A DNA stretch of 64,000 nt. Source: a virus. The position numbers and the translations under genes are program-made. The notes beneath the pieces were generated by a model, which searched no databases, was not told the origin of the DNA, and worked only from the letters and a program-made list of their open reading frames with translations. Below, in pieces: positions 8,760 through 19,933 of this stretch. Every line of letters begins with the position of its first letter. Position 1 is the stretch's first letter. The stretch is taken from the IMG/VR virus record IMGVR_UViG_3300045988_104133, positions 22,871 through 86,870 of that record. One strand, given 5' to 3'.

Positions 8760-10046
8760 TTAATGCATAATATAACTACCACCTGGAGGAACTTGTTTCC
8801 ATCCACCATCTATATTAATTTCAAAAGATAATTGACACATTTGTCCATAATAACCTCCTTCATAAACATTATCAAATCTTATATATATATCAACATAATC
8901 TGTTCTATCACCTTCAGGAATAGTTACAGAACCTGTAATTTGACCAGAGCTATTAGATACATAACCTCTTCCGTATGTTGTCTTATTGTTACCATAAGCA
9001 CAAACACTTCTAAATATACCATCAGTAATTGTAATTGTAGCATCAGGAAGTTTATATATTCTTGCTTTACAAATACAACTAGCACCAACTAATTCTCTCA
9101 ACGATGAGAAATCAACAAAACCACTAGAACCACTTTTAATACTTTCCATATTAATTTGTCTAGGATAATATTTAAAAGTAATAGCACCCGGAAGAGATAT
9201 AAAAATTATTTTTGTATTATCATATAAAGTTGCATTACGAGTATATGCTAAAAAAGGCACAATATCAATATATTTATCTCCACTACCTATATCAAAAGTT
9301 ATTTCTCTACCAGCATATATATAATCTGTTGGTTTTTTGCAATTGCCAACATAATAATTTTTATAAATCTTATCAGTAGTATTATATGGTGAATTATAAC
9401 GAATTTGAATCCAAAAAGACCAACCTAAAGATAAATCAGGTATTATATCATCCATAGTAACATTTGTATTATAATCCGCATTTGTTTTCTTATATAGAAT
9501 ACAATTAAATTTAGGAGTTGAAGAATAATAAATTTCAACGGTATGAAATTGAGGAATAGAAGTCAGAAATACATTACTTATTGCTTTACTACTATAGTTT
9601 CTAAAATCACTTAATCTATAAGGAGAATTAGCACCACCTTTTGGAAAATGTTTTCCTGATACCATTGTACTTGTGTTATCACTAATATAACCATTATTAC
9701 CATATACATTATCTTTATAAAGGTTGTTACAAGCTTTAATTGCAAAACCTTCTCCTCCATAATTATTACGTAAGTTCTTATAAGTGTCCATAGGTATATT
9801 CATACCACAACGAACAACACAAGTATATTTACTATATGAAGATGTTACTATTTCCTCAGAGTCTTCTCTAATAGGATATTCTTTAAATTCACCTTTACAA
9901 CTAATAGGTTTATACTTACTCCATATATTTATATTTTCACTCTTACAAAGAGTAGCAAGGTCATTGCTACTCTCTCCAAGAGCTCGTTTAACATCATCAA
10001 TGCTAACAGGAGCACTAATAATTCCAGTTTCACTATTGTAAGACAT
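8760..10046 (-). CDS. AT-rich putative receptor-binding or tail accessory protein (428 aa)
   Basis: Long ORF downstream of the tail fibre. Asn/Tyr/Ile-rich. Much lower G+C than neighbouring genes. Confidence 0.7.
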   Translation of the reverse strand: MSYNSETGIISAPVSIDDVKRALGESSNDLATLCKSENINIWSKYKPISCKGEFKEYPIREDSEEIVTSSYSKYTCVVRCGMNIPMDTYKNLRNNYGGEGFAIKACNNLYKDNVYGNNGYISDNTSTMVSGKHFPKGGANSPYRLSDFRNYSSKAISNVFLTSIPQFHTVEIYYSSTPKFNCILYKKTNADYNTNVTMDDIIPDLSLGWSFWIQIRYNSPYNTTDKIYKNYYVGNCKKPTDYIYAGREITFDIGSGDKYIDIVPFLAYTRNATLYDNTKIIFISLPGAITFKYYPRQINMESIKSGSSGFVDFSSLRELVGASCICKARIYKLPDATITITDGIFRSVCAYGNNKTTYGRGYVSNSSGQITGSVTIPEGDRTDYVDIYIRFDNVYEGGYYGQMCQLSFEINIDGGWKQVPPGGSYIMH

Positions 10047-10205
10047 AATCTTTATTTTTTTTAATATTCAACTTTAGTAACAACTCGCTCTACTGTTACA
10101 TTGAACACTTTCGCAAGTCATAACATAAATCGTTCCATACGCTTAATCTTTAGAACTTAAAACACTAGGCAAGGCAGCTCTATAAGAGCCACCCTGCGTT
10201 AATAC

Positions 10206-10511
10206 TTACTCTGATGCCTCGCTTGCCATATTAGCGGCGATAGCGGAATTGACCTCCTTAATCAATGCTGATACCTCACTGAGCTTGCTCTGCGGAACAC
10301 CGCTGATGTTGTAGGTCAGCTCGCTGCCGTTGAAGCTTGCGTTGGCATTGCCGAGATAATTACCATTTGCGTCACCATAGATACTCATATTGATGCTCTC
10401 GATGTTGCCACCCGTCTTGTCAACATTGTAGGTAATTTCTACTCGATAGCCGCCCTTGGTATAAGTGGCGGTTGTCTGTTCACTCTTCTTGTTAATCTTT
10501 AAATTCTCCAT
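10206..10511 (-). CDS. Hypothetical small protein downstream of the tail fibre (101 aa)
   Basis: Track ORF, 8 nt after the fibre stop, normal G+C. Confidence 0.6.
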   Translation of the reverse strand: MENLKINKKSEQTTATYTKGGYRVEITYNVDKTGGNIESINMSIYGDANGNYLGNANASFNGSELTYNISGVPQSKLSEVSALIKEVNSAIAANMASEASE

Positions 10512-10519
10512 TTTCTAAT

Positions 10520-13500
10520 CTAATTTAATGAATTAATATTCTTGTTATCTAATCTTTTCTTGTTGCAGTCTTCCTTATCTCCACTCAATCGCAGAACCTC
10601 TGATTCAAGGAAGACCACCCGAGCCTTCAACCTGCTGACCTCATCGCCCACCTGCTCGATAGCACCGAATGCCGTTGCAATCAGCTTCGGAGACCAGTAG
10701 TTAATCTTGTAGTAGCCCTTCTCGTCAGTCTCCACGATGTCCTTTAAGTGAGGGTTGCACAAGACGTGTTGGGCAATCCAACCGATAGACCTTGTGTTGT
10801 CCTTCTTCCAAGCAAAGCTGAACGTGCCACCCATCGCCTTGATGATACCCAAGTAGTCCAGCTTCCGCAAATCCTGCTTCAAGCGGATGTCAGAACTAGC
10901 ATAAGCTGTAACTCCACCTTTAGCAAGAATGCTATTAGGGAAGTAAGTATTCATATAAGCATCATAATCATATATATGACCAGTAGTACTAATTGTATAT
11001 CTGTCACCATTATAGTTATATTTAGTTAAAGCTAAAGCTCTAATTTTAGCAACAATACCATTACGTAAAGCAGTATTATTACTAGGATGACTAAATACTA
11101 ATCTCACATAACGATAATTATCATTACCAACATTTACATTTAGAGGACCAACACAAATATCACATTTGTGTGACCATCCTTTCATTATTTTAGAAACATA
11201 TTCTTTATAACCACCAGTACTACTTCCAAAATATACTTGGCATTTTATATCAACTCCATTATTTACATCAACACTTATCCAACTAAGTTCTTGATATATT
11301 TCATCAGGAATCTTAACAGTAACCCTAAGTTGATTTTTCTTTATTTGAGCAAGTTTATCAGCCTCAGTATCACCAAGCAAATTATTAGACCCTAAATAAT
11401 AATTAAATCCTCTAGCATTATCGTTTATAAGATTAAATCTATTTTCTGGATTACCAAAATATGTATTCCAAGTAGCACCATTATCCATTGAATATTCTAC
11501 TTGTATATTATCTTGAGGAATACCATTAAACATATTAGTAACATTAGCTGCAATACTACCATCCCAATTATTTACATTAGTACCAAAAGCATTTACATCA
11601 GCCGTGGTAGGCATTATACCTTTAGCTGTTAATAAATTATTAATATGAGTAGAACCATTAATAGTAGCAGTATTAATAATAGTTATATCTTTAAAAAGAG
11701 CATAACCACCTTGCATTATTTTCCAATTATTACTATCTGCTTGACTACACATGTCTTGAACTTTCACCCAATTAGTATTATTACCATTACCTAAATATAA
11801 ATCACCACCACTACCTCCAATTCTAGCTCCACTATCAGGAGTTATAGTTGTAATACCTGGAAATTTAAGTGTACCATTACTTCTTTTATTAGAATAATAA
11901 TTAAATACAGTTCCATCGGCTATACCTAAATATATAGCATTAGCGACAGTATCATATTTGAGACCAGCCCAATCACTATACTCCCAGTTGGTTGCTCCAA
12001 AACGAATAGCAGCACCAGTATTAAATACTACTTGGTCTTTTATAGCTGATATACGAGCATTAGCATTTACATTATTATTTAATATTATAGCTCCGTTTTC
12101 AGAATCACTATTATTTATGTATATTGTTCCGTTAACATTTCCAGTACCATCAAAACTTTGACCCCAAATACTTCTAGCAGTTCTGAGTTTAGTTGCAGAA
12201 GCTACATTGTCATGTAGAAAAGCAAGATAACCAACTTGAGTTGCTGTAGTAGTATTTATACCATGCATTATTCTAATTCTTCCACTAGTTCCTATATCAA
12301 ATCTAGTTCTCCAAGTAGAATAACCTTGTATATTAATTATATCACCATAGCTTTCATGAAAATTATTATGTCCCTCATTAGTATGAGCCCAACCATAAAC
12401 TCCAACTCCATCCTTAGTTACAGATGCATCTCCATACTCACCTCTATATCTAAGAAATGAACTTTCATGATAACCATCTACAGTATCTGCATTACCAGCA
12501 CTACTAGCATAACCATTATGCAAAGCATTATATAAACTATTTGCACCTTTTTGACTAAGACTTGTACCAGTAGAAGTTCCACTATAACTATCAGTAATTC
12601 CTCTCCAAGTATTTTGCCAAGTAGTAGAAACACCATTGATAGTAATAGTTTGACCACTTACAGAACCAGTAACAAAGTTCTTGTCATTAGTAAGTTGACT
12701 AAGTTTAGTAAGATTACCTTTATGATAAACTTCATATTCAGCATCATATTTACTAGTAGTTCTAACTACATTATTGCTAAAATATAATACTCCATTTACT
12801 GCACGAATACCATCATAGTTACCGTTACTTCTAAAAAATAGAATAGCTTCAGTAGGGGTCTCAGATACATCATTAGTATAAATGCTATTAACTCCAATAA
12901 TATCGGAATTTCTCATATTTATACCCCATTGACCAGAACTATAATATCTATCATTAGCCATAGTAAGAACACTAACATCTTGATGACTAGTAAGATAACC
13001 TTGACTTTTAACCCAAGATTGCGTAGCATACCCATTAAGAGATTGATGACTAGTAAGATAAGTTCCTAAATCTACAGCAGCACCACCAGTAGCTGCAATA
13101 GTTTTAGTAACACCGTTAATCTTTACACTATGTGTATGACTAGTTGCCGACTTACCACTAAGAAGTGAATCTACACTACTTTTGGTATAATAGTTAGCAA
13201 GACTTTGGTGAGAAGTTAAAAATGTAGCACCTTTAGTAAATGTAATGCCCTTTCCGCTTTTAGATACAGACGTGATAGCATTTCCACTTCCACTTACAGA
13301 TATTGCATTAACGTAACCATCAAGTGACTGATGATTAGTTAAGAACGTACTACCTTTAACTACGCTGATAGTAGTACCATCCTTGGTGACAGACGTAACC
13401 GCATTACCGCTGCCGCTGACAGAGATAGCAGTAGCACTACCACCTTCCAAGCTGGAAATACGAGAATCAAGAGCCTTGATGGAGTAGGCAGAGGCAATCT

Positions 13501-16500
13501 CACTCAGCGATTCTGATGTAAGCTTCAAGGCATTTGAATAACTCTTCACACTGCCGTTCAAGCCGCCACCACTGGATGAGGATGTCCCAACACCATAGGC
13601 AGAAACACCACCACTAGTATAGAGGTTTGCCACCTCGTTAGTCGTAGTGTTCGTAATCTTCAACGCCTTATTGGTTGCATCATACTCCATCTTTATGTTG
13701 CCGATGGAGATGTACTTTCCGTTAGGCACGATGATACTTCCGTTAATATCGGCAGTACCGTTAAACGAGTTACCCCAAAGCTTGCGAGTATTCGTGAGCT
13801 GGAGAGCCTTTTTCGCTGAACCGTTTGTGAAGTAGCCTTGCAAGGTGGCGATACTCCCTTTGTTTGCGGATATGCCCGAAGCATTTACCCCTTCTGCCTT
13901 TTTCGCTCTTGTCACCTCATCAGAAATTGACTTATTGATTCCGTCAACAATACCGCTCAAAGTATTCGTCTGCGCAATATTTGCGAGGAAGCTAACCACC
14001 TCGTTCCACTTATTGATAACGCCGTCCGCAGTCTCCTCGTCAGTAGTTATAAGGGCGTACCAGTCATAGGCACTATCCCAACAAGTTACCTTCGTTGATG
14101 TAATGCCGTCCAGTACAGACTTATTGCTATGAGTATGCTTTGCTGATACCGCACCATCCCAAGCCGTCTGCTTTGCAGTAGTAGGAATAGAGTAACCCGA
14201 GGCAAGACTAATGGCAAACGTACCGCTTGTTGTGATAGTCTTAGTTGCGCACGTCAAACCAGTAGGAAGGGTAAGAGCTACAGATGTAACAGTACCCTTA
14301 TTGGTAGTATAGCCCTTTGCATCAATCTCCGCTTTGGTATAATAGCTTGCGAGAGACTGATGAGCAGTCAGATACCCTTTATCATTGGTAAGCTGGCTTA
14401 CCTTCGTGATGCGGTCAGTGATTTCTGTCCACTTATGGGTATGCGCACTAGGTGTGAATGTTGATGGCTTACCCGTGATGTTATTCCAAGAAAGGCTCAG
14501 ACCGCCAAGCTCTGATGCTATATTGTCAATTCGGCTGCTGAGAGCCTTTATAGCATAGGCATTCGGAATGCTAGTCAAGTCCGCATCCGTATAGTTTCCC
14601 TCTATGATTCTCGCATAGCTGATTACGCTTGCAATCAAGCCGCCACCACCCGTGGTAGATGCTCCTGCTCCGTATGCCGTGATACCACCTGTGGTATAGA
14701 GATTGCCATCAATTTTGATAGCCTTGTTTTTGGAATCATACGTGAGCTTAATGCCATGGAAGGAGATTGCGCCTTCGAATGTAGCATCGCCCGATACGCC
14801 AAGTTTAGAGAATGGAGCGTTTGGCTTCAAAGACACAAGGTCGGCAACGCTCGTTCCTGCACTTCCTTCCTTCCAAGTCGGCTCGAAGAAGGTGAGGTAT
14901 GCGCCAAGATTCTTCTCACTGATGATAAACGATGTCGGGTCTGCGTGAACCTTTCCGCTCACATCCCACCAGATAGCACCATTGGCAAGATAACCCGAGC
15001 CATCGAAGCGGATGAGGGAGGTTGCAGGGGTAAGATTTCCGCTATTATAGTCCTTATCCACCATCTGACCGCCCCACCATGTTGCGATACTCTTCTTTCC
15101 TCTATTCGTGTCTATTGCTCCGTTGATACCGCTCTGAACGTTTCCGTCTCCGTCTCTCAGCGCAAGGAGCGTTGTCATTACAAGACCACCGTCAATATGT
15201 GTAGTCTGACCGAGCGCATCCTTGAGATACTTGTAACCTGCGAGGTCTGTGATATTCTGCTTCAAGTCACCATATATCTTGCTAGTGATATAGGCGTTTG
15301 CCAAGCCAAGTTTGTCATAGAATGCGCTGTATGCGGACTGGAAGTTGGTAAACTTCGTTCCCACGGCTGAGACGATAGCAGCCTTGCCGTTGGTATCAGC
15401 CTTATTGTAATTTGTAGATATATCTGAGAGATACGTAACGAGTTCCGTCTTAGCAGTAGAGAGAGTAGTGAAAGCAGTATTAAGGTCGGTGAGTTCTTTT
15501 GTACTCTTTAACACCTCTGCTCCCTTCACTTCATTGTACGACTTCTCGGCAGCTGCGAAAGCATCTTCAAGTCGCTTGGAATCCTGCGCCATAGCCGCAA
15601 TCTCAGAAGGCTCTAGATAGCCATCTGTAACGTAGCTGTCGAAAGCCTTCTTGTTGGTGGTGACGGTAGTTCCTAATTTGCTGATGTCACCCTGCGCCTT
15701 TTCTGCCGCCTTCTGCGCTTTCTCCGCCGCTGCCTGGGCTGCGTTAGCAACGGTATCATCGGTGTATTTAGATGCTTTTATCCAATCACCGATTGCGAAC
15801 TGAGAACCAGCACCCTTTGCAGTCTGGCAGCGCAATACCTCATTCTTATAGGTACTGCCGTCTGCTGGATAAGTCGCATTAACCCAAATGTCACCAACTT
15901 GGTATGGTGGGTTCGGCTGAGTGCTAAATACCTTCATTTTGCCATCTGCCGTTTCCTGTGCCTTGCTTGCATCTGAAAGGGCTTTAGCGATGTCGGTATC
16001 TGTAATGATAGTCCACTTATAGGTGTTGCCATCCTTGGCAAAGCGATATGCCTTGCCCGTCTTGTTGTCATAATAGAGGTCGCCCAAATGGGTATCTTTT
16101 TCCTTGTCTGTCGCCCAACTGCTGGCTGGAGCATTCTTCAAAGTAGGCACACCCTCATAGAACCACGTCTCGATAGCACCATCCACCTGATTCTGCAAGT
16201 CAGTAATAACCTGCGAGTTCTTGATGAGATTGTTCACCTGCTCCTCTGTCAAGCCCTTTGCTGAGTTCTCCTTGATGTACTGAGACAATTCCTTGCCATC
16301 TACTGTGGATTTGGCTGAGATTTTGCCTTTAACAGATACCTGCTTGGCTGCGCTGTCATACTTGATGTAGCTACTACCCTCATAGCCATTCTCCTTAGTA
16401 GGTCGGTCTCCGAAGTACATATCACCATAGACGTTGAAGAATGCCTTGTTATTCTTCTTATTTACACCATATTCCACGTACTCCCTATTGGCAAAGGAAT

Positions 16501-19414
16501 AGCTGTTGATGCCGTGATAGAGGCTTATGGATGGCGAATAGGTATCTACCGCCGAGAAGATAAGGCAGTTCTGACGTTCCACATCGGTTCTATTACCGCA
16601 CTGGTTGAGCACATCACCTTTAGCAGGAACATCGCTTGCCGTAGCGCAATCGGTATCAGAGAGGTCGATGTAATGATATTTCTTTCCTTCCAACTCTACA
16701 GGGTCTTCATCACGACCGATTACCAATCGCCAATAGAAGTGATTGCCAGCCTTGTGATAAGTGCCCTTGCGAACATTGAATGATTCCGAGCGCACTTGGT
16801 CGCCAACAGCGAAATCATTATCCACGGCATCGCCTTCCTGCTCTGCTAAGAAATAGCAACGATAAGCCTTCTGTGACACATTGTTATATGTCACAGTAAC
16901 CTCTTCTACCTTATGAGCCACCACGCCACCAGCAGGAGAGATTATCTCCTTACCACCGATGGTGGATGTTTTATTGATGACCAGCTCCTCGAAGATAGCC
17001 TTCATTCTTACCTCCAAGTAATCTGTGATTAGGTGCGAACGACCTTCTGCGTCTGGAGTCCACGAGCCTCCACCGACAAGCAATCCCTGCAAGAACTTCT
17101 GCACCTTTTCCCAAGTGATAGTTCCTTTTGCGGTGTCATCGTTTATCTTTGAGATGAAGTGCTTACTTCCCTCTGTCGCAACCTGACTCTTGACCTGGGT
17201 AGTTGTCAAGCCTGCACCAGTTCCTCCATTTCCGCTTTGGAGCGACGAAATCTGCTGCTGAATCTTCTGGATAGTACCAACCTCTTTATCCTCACGAAGA
17301 GTTATGTCGTATGTCGGTATCTTGCCATCTTCTTCCTTGATTGTGAGCTGATCTATGGATATTACACCGCCAATTCTGAGGTCAGTATCCTCAAACTCCA
17401 TCAAGTCTCCGGCTTTGAGCGTATCATGAAGACTCTTGATAACTCCTGTAGTATCCTTTTCAGCAAGATCATGCTGTCTTGCCATGAAAATCTCATCAAC
17501 CTTAGGCTGATAGACGTACCTTGTGTAGTCGTTCTTGTCAATGAATGCTATGGCGTATTTAAGGAGTTTCAGAGACGCAGCATTGACATACGAATCAGGA
17601 AGTGTGATGTCGGTAAGAACGAAATGGTCGCCTTTCTTGATAGGGTAGTCCTTGTATGGAAACCAAAGCTCAAGAGCGTCGTCCTTTACTCTTTCAATAG
17701 TAAGCCTCCATCTTCCATCAATCTTGGTTGAGGATGCTACCTTGAATGTTCGTCCGCCACACATACCATCCTTCATCGAGATGGAGAAGTCGTCATCCTT
17801 TAAGTCGTTGATATCAAAGTCGATAGCCTTTTTAAGATAGATATCAACATTCTTTACGGTTTCATTATCGCCAAATCTTCCGTCATCATCAGGAGCCACA
17901 CCCTCATCAATCTCATCAACACGTACGCCACCGATTTCCATCTCTTCGATAGTAGGGTAGATTTCAATAACTCCATTTGTCTTATCATCTGTTTCAAAGA
18001 ACTGCGATGCAGAACGAAGGCCAATCTGCTCGATGTTGATAGAATCGATGTATGGCCTGTGCGGATCTGTGGAGAATTTATGCTGTCTCCCGGTAGGATT
18101 CACGTACTTCTTCTCTTCATCCGTGAGTGTGTTATAGAAATCACTCAGCGATACATGAGGGAATCCAGGCAACATAAGTCTGTTGATGGACATGTTGTTC
18201 GGAAGATTCTTTGCGTACTCCTTCATGGATGAAGGAACTGCCTTCTTGTTGAGACCGGACGTGATATACATCTTTGTATTTCCGGCCTTGACCTGCGCAA
18301 TAAACGCATCAAGCTTCTCCTTTGATTCCTCATCTCCGGTGTCAGTCTGTGTTCCCTTCAGCTCAGAATAGAATCTACATTTTTTAGAGTCGTATGCCTG
18401 TGTTACATAACCGGTAATCTCAGTTTTGAAATCAAATGTAACCTTAAGTACCCAACCGAGAGACTGCTCGCCAGTTTCCCCAGGAACAATATACTTTCTC
18501 GGATTCTTGAAATATGTTTCTATATAATCGAGGTCCAGTTCAAGTGTAACATTCGTGCTGGCCCCGACGACTTTCGTGATGTTCGCCACATACTTGACAC
18601 CGAGGTCCGCATAGTAGTGAGAAGGAAGATTCTTCTCGGAACCATATGCTCTTAGTCTTGTAACGACACTCTGATCGGAATCAGCGTTCTGAACAATCTC
18701 ATAGAGTCCATTGCCGAGTCCGTACTTGAAGATATGATTAGCCTGTATTCCGGTAGTACCGACATAGATGTTTCTCCCTCTGACGATGAAGTTTATGTCC
18801 CACTTCTCGTTCACAAGCGCAAGGGCTTGCCAACAGGTCTGCGAATCCACTGTAATAGACATCGATTCGATGACGTTATCGTCGGTTTTCTCACCATAAA
18901 CCGACAACCACTCACTTTCGAGGGCTCCACGCTGCACGGAACGCTCCTTGTTTCGGGAGTAAATCTTCCAAAGACCTGCACCAATCTGCTCGTTTAAGCA
19001 TGCCTGGATTCTGTCGAGCAAATCATCCAAAGTCTGTACATAGAATGGAAATTTCGGTAGGGAAGTGTAGTGAAGCTCGTTATCGTTCAATACCACATCG
19101 AGGAACTCTGCCCTGGCAAGCTCATCCTGCAATGCATTGAACTTTACGCTGTCATATACGAAGCCCTCTCCATATGTGTCGGGTCTGGCCTGCTTATCCT
19201 TGCCCGGCTCGTAGTTGAGCTCAAACCGCTCGCCACGATAGACAATATAGTCGCCTATCTGAAAGTTGATAGGCACTTCATGCTTGAAATTGATAGTCAC
19301 GAAGCACTCACCCATCCAAGAATCGGAGTATTCCAATCCATGAACGGTTATCTGCTCTCCGTTAACGTCTGTCAGCTTCGAGCCATCCTTATGATAAATA
19401 TTCCAAGTACTCAT
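10520..19414 (-). CDS. Giant tail tip/tail fibre protein (2964 aa) with C-terminal intramolecular chaperone-like domain
   Basis: N-terminus resembles the phage minor structural/tail-tip region. Repeated (F/Y)LT.HQSL and GG(V/I)(S/T)AYG motifs. The C-terminus SDIRLKQDL...INYWSPKL plus coiled coil resembles the Peptidase_S74 chaperone. Confidence 0.85.
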   Translation of the reverse strand: MSTWNIYHKDGSKLTDVNGEQITVHGLEYSDSWMGECFVTINFKHEVPINFQIGDYIVYRGERFELNYEPGKDKQARPDTYGEGFVYDSVKFNALQDELARAEFLDVVLNDNELHYTSLPKFPFYVQTLDDLLDRIQACLNEQIGAGLWKIYSRNKERSVQRGALESEWLSVYGEKTDDNVIESMSITVDSQTCWQALALVNEKWDINFIVRGRNIYVGTTGIQANHIFKYGLGNGLYEIVQNADSDQSVVTRLRAYGSEKNLPSHYYADLGVKYVANITKVVGASTNVTLELDLDYIETYFKNPRKYIVPGETGEQSLGWVLKVTFDFKTEITGYVTQAYDSKKCRFYSELKGTQTDTGDEESKEKLDAFIAQVKAGNTKMYITSGLNKKAVPSSMKEYAKNLPNNMSINRLMLPGFPHVSLSDFYNTLTDEEKKYVNPTGRQHKFSTDPHRPYIDSINIEQIGLRSASQFFETDDKTNGVIEIYPTIEEMEIGGVRVDEIDEGVAPDDDGRFGDNETVKNVDIYLKKAIDFDINDLKDDDFSISMKDGMCGGRTFKVASSTKIDGRWRLTIERVKDDALELWFPYKDYPIKKGDHFVLTDITLPDSYVNAASLKLLKYAIAFIDKNDYTRYVYQPKVDEIFMARQHDLAEKDTTGVIKSLHDTLKAGDLMEFEDTDLRIGGVISIDQLTIKEEDGKIPTYDITLREDKEVGTIQKIQQQISSLQSGNGGTGAGLTTTQVKSQVATEGSKHFISKINDDTAKGTITWEKVQKFLQGLLVGGGSWTPDAEGRSHLITDYLEVRMKAIFEELVINKTSTIGGKEIISPAGGVVAHKVEEVTVTYNNVSQKAYRCYFLAEQEGDAVDNDFAVGDQVRSESFNVRKGTYHKAGNHFYWRLVIGRDEDPVELEGKKYHYIDLSDTDCATASDVPAKGDVLNQCGNRTDVERQNCLIFSAVDTYSPSISLYHGINSYSFANREYVEYGVNKKNNKAFFNVYGDMYFGDRPTKENGYEGSSYIKYDSAAKQVSVKGKISAKSTVDGKELSQYIKENSAKGLTEEQVNNLIKNSQVITDLQNQVDGAIETWFYEGVPTLKNAPASSWATDKEKDTHLGDLYYDNKTGKAYRFAKDGNTYKWTIITDTDIAKALSDASKAQETADGKMKVFSTQPNPPYQVGDIWVNATYPADGSTYKNEVLRCQTAKGAGSQFAIGDWIKASKYTDDTVANAAQAAAEKAQKAAEKAQGDISKLGTTVTTNKKAFDSYVTDGYLEPSEIAAMAQDSKRLEDAFAAAEKSYNEVKGAEVLKSTKELTDLNTAFTTLSTAKTELVTYLSDISTNYNKADTNGKAAIVSAVGTKFTNFQSAYSAFYDKLGLANAYITSKIYGDLKQNITDLAGYKYLKDALGQTTHIDGGLVMTTLLALRDGDGNVQSGINGAIDTNRGKKSIATWWGGQMVDKDYNSGNLTPATSLIRFDGSGYLANGAIWWDVSGKVHADPTSFIISEKNLGAYLTFFEPTWKEGSAGTSVADLVSLKPNAPFSKLGVSGDATFEGAISFHGIKLTYDSKNKAIKIDGNLYTTGGITAYGAGASTTGGGGLIASVISYARIIEGNYTDADLTSIPNAYAIKALSSRIDNIASELGGLSLSWNNITGKPSTFTPSAHTHKWTEITDRITKVSQLTNDKGYLTAHQSLASYYTKAEIDAKGYTTNKGTVTSVALTLPTGLTCATKTITTSGTFAISLASGYSIPTTAKQTAWDGAVSAKHTHSNKSVLDGITSTKVTCWDSAYDWYALITTDEETADGVINKWNEVVSFLANIAQTNTLSGIVDGINKSISDEVTRAKKAEGVNASGISANKGSIATLQGYFTNGSAKKALQLTNTRKLWGNSFNGTADINGSIIVPNGKYISIGNIKMEYDATNKALKITNTTTNEVANLYTSGGVSAYGVGTSSSSGGGLNGSVKSYSNALKLTSESLSEIASAYSIKALDSRISSLEGGSATAISVSGSGNAVTSVTKDGTTISVVKGSTFLTNHQSLDGYVNAISVSGSGNAITSVSKSGKGITFTKGATFLTSHQSLANYYTKSSVDSLLSGKSATSHTHSVKINGVTKTIAATGGAAVDLGTYLTSHQSLNGYATQSWVKSQGYLTSHQDVSVLTMANDRYYSSGQWGINMRNSDIIGVNSIYTNDVSETPTEAILFFRSNGNYDGIRAVNGVLYFSNNVVRTTSKYDAEYEVYHKGNLTKLSQLTNDKNFVTGSVSGQTITINGVSTTWQNTWRGITDSYSGTSTGTSLSQKGANSLYNALHNGYASSAGNADTVDGYHESSFLRYRGEYGDASVTKDGVGVYGWAHTNEGHNNFHESYGDIINIQGYSTWRTRFDIGTSGRIRIMHGINTTTATQVGYLAFLHDNVASATKLRTARSIWGQSFDGTGNVNGTIYINNSDSENGAIILNNNVNANARISAIKDQVVFNTGAAIRFGATNWEYSDWAGLKYDTVANAIYLGIADGTVFNYYSNKRSNGTLKFPGITTITPDSGARIGGSGGDLYLGNGNNTNWVKVQDMCSQADSNNWKIMQGGYALFKDITIINTATINGSTHINNLLTAKGIMPTTADVNAFGTNVNNWDGSIAANVTNMFNGIPQDNIQVEYSMDNGATWNTYFGNPENRFNLINDNARGFNYYLGSNNLLGDTEADKLAQIKKNQLRVTVKIPDEIYQELSWISVDVNNGVDIKCQVYFGSSTGGYKEYVSKIMKGWSHKCDICVGPLNVNVGNDNYRYVRLVFSHPSNNTALRNGIVAKIRALALTKYNYNGDRYTISTTGHIYDYDAYMNTYFPNSILAKGGVTAYASSDIRLKQDLRKLDYLGIIKAMGGTFSFAWKKDNTRSIGWIAQHVLCNPHLKDIVETDEKGYYKINYWSPKLIATAFGAIEQVGDEVSRLKARVVFLESEVLRLSGDKEDCNKKRLDNKNINSLN

Positions 19415-19420
19415 GTGTCT

Positions 19421-19909
19421 TTATCCTAAATTTGAAATACTGCCCTGTGCGTCCATGATTGGCTTTATGTTAGTAACAGGGTCGTTAAACTTGAAAGTGA
19501 TAGAGAGAACTAGCAAGTCCTCGTTATCCGGATCTCTATATAGGTTTGGATCAATATCCTTAAGTCTTACATGCTGTCTTCCGATTCTATTGAAGCCGCA
19601 ATACATCTTCATCATGCCTGACTTGCGGATGTAATCAATAAAAGCCTTACATTTCTCGTTAGCGCCGAAAGCCTCGCCGTGGAACATAAACTTAACCTTA
19701 TTCTCGTAGGCCGCCATATAGAGACCATCCTTTCCGATATATTCGTCATCACCATGCTCATCGTGCCAATCCCTTTTCGCTGGTTCCTTGACAGAATCAC
19801 AAGGCTTGAACGGGTTCTCGCTAACGTACATACCGAAGTCGGCGATGGAGTCCTTCACCTCGTTCCCATCGCCTTCCTTCTGCATGTATATCCTGAAATA
19901 ATCTTTCAT
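19421..19909 (-). CDS. Putative distal tail protein (162 aa)
   Basis: Position immediately upstream of the tail-tip/fibre gene. No motif recognised. Confidence 0.5.
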   Translation of the reverse strand: MKDYFRIYMQKEGDGNEVKDSIADFGMYVSENPFKPCDSVKEPAKRDWHDEHGDDEYIGKDGLYMAAYENKVKFMFHGEAFGANEKCKAFIDYIRKSGMMKMYCGFNRIGRQHVRLKDIDPNLYRDPDNEDLLVLSITFKFNDPVTNIKPIMDAQGSISNLG

Positions 19910-19933
19910 ACCTAAATCAACTATTTATAAATG

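Noticed and set aside
10748-19429. Many 60-200-aa ORFs on the + strand inside the tail fibre gene, and likewise 20873..27405 inside the tape measure
   Set aside because: They lie antisense or out of frame within very long, clearly coding ORFs. They have low-complexity Ser/Ile/Leu-rich translations and no leaders or promoters.
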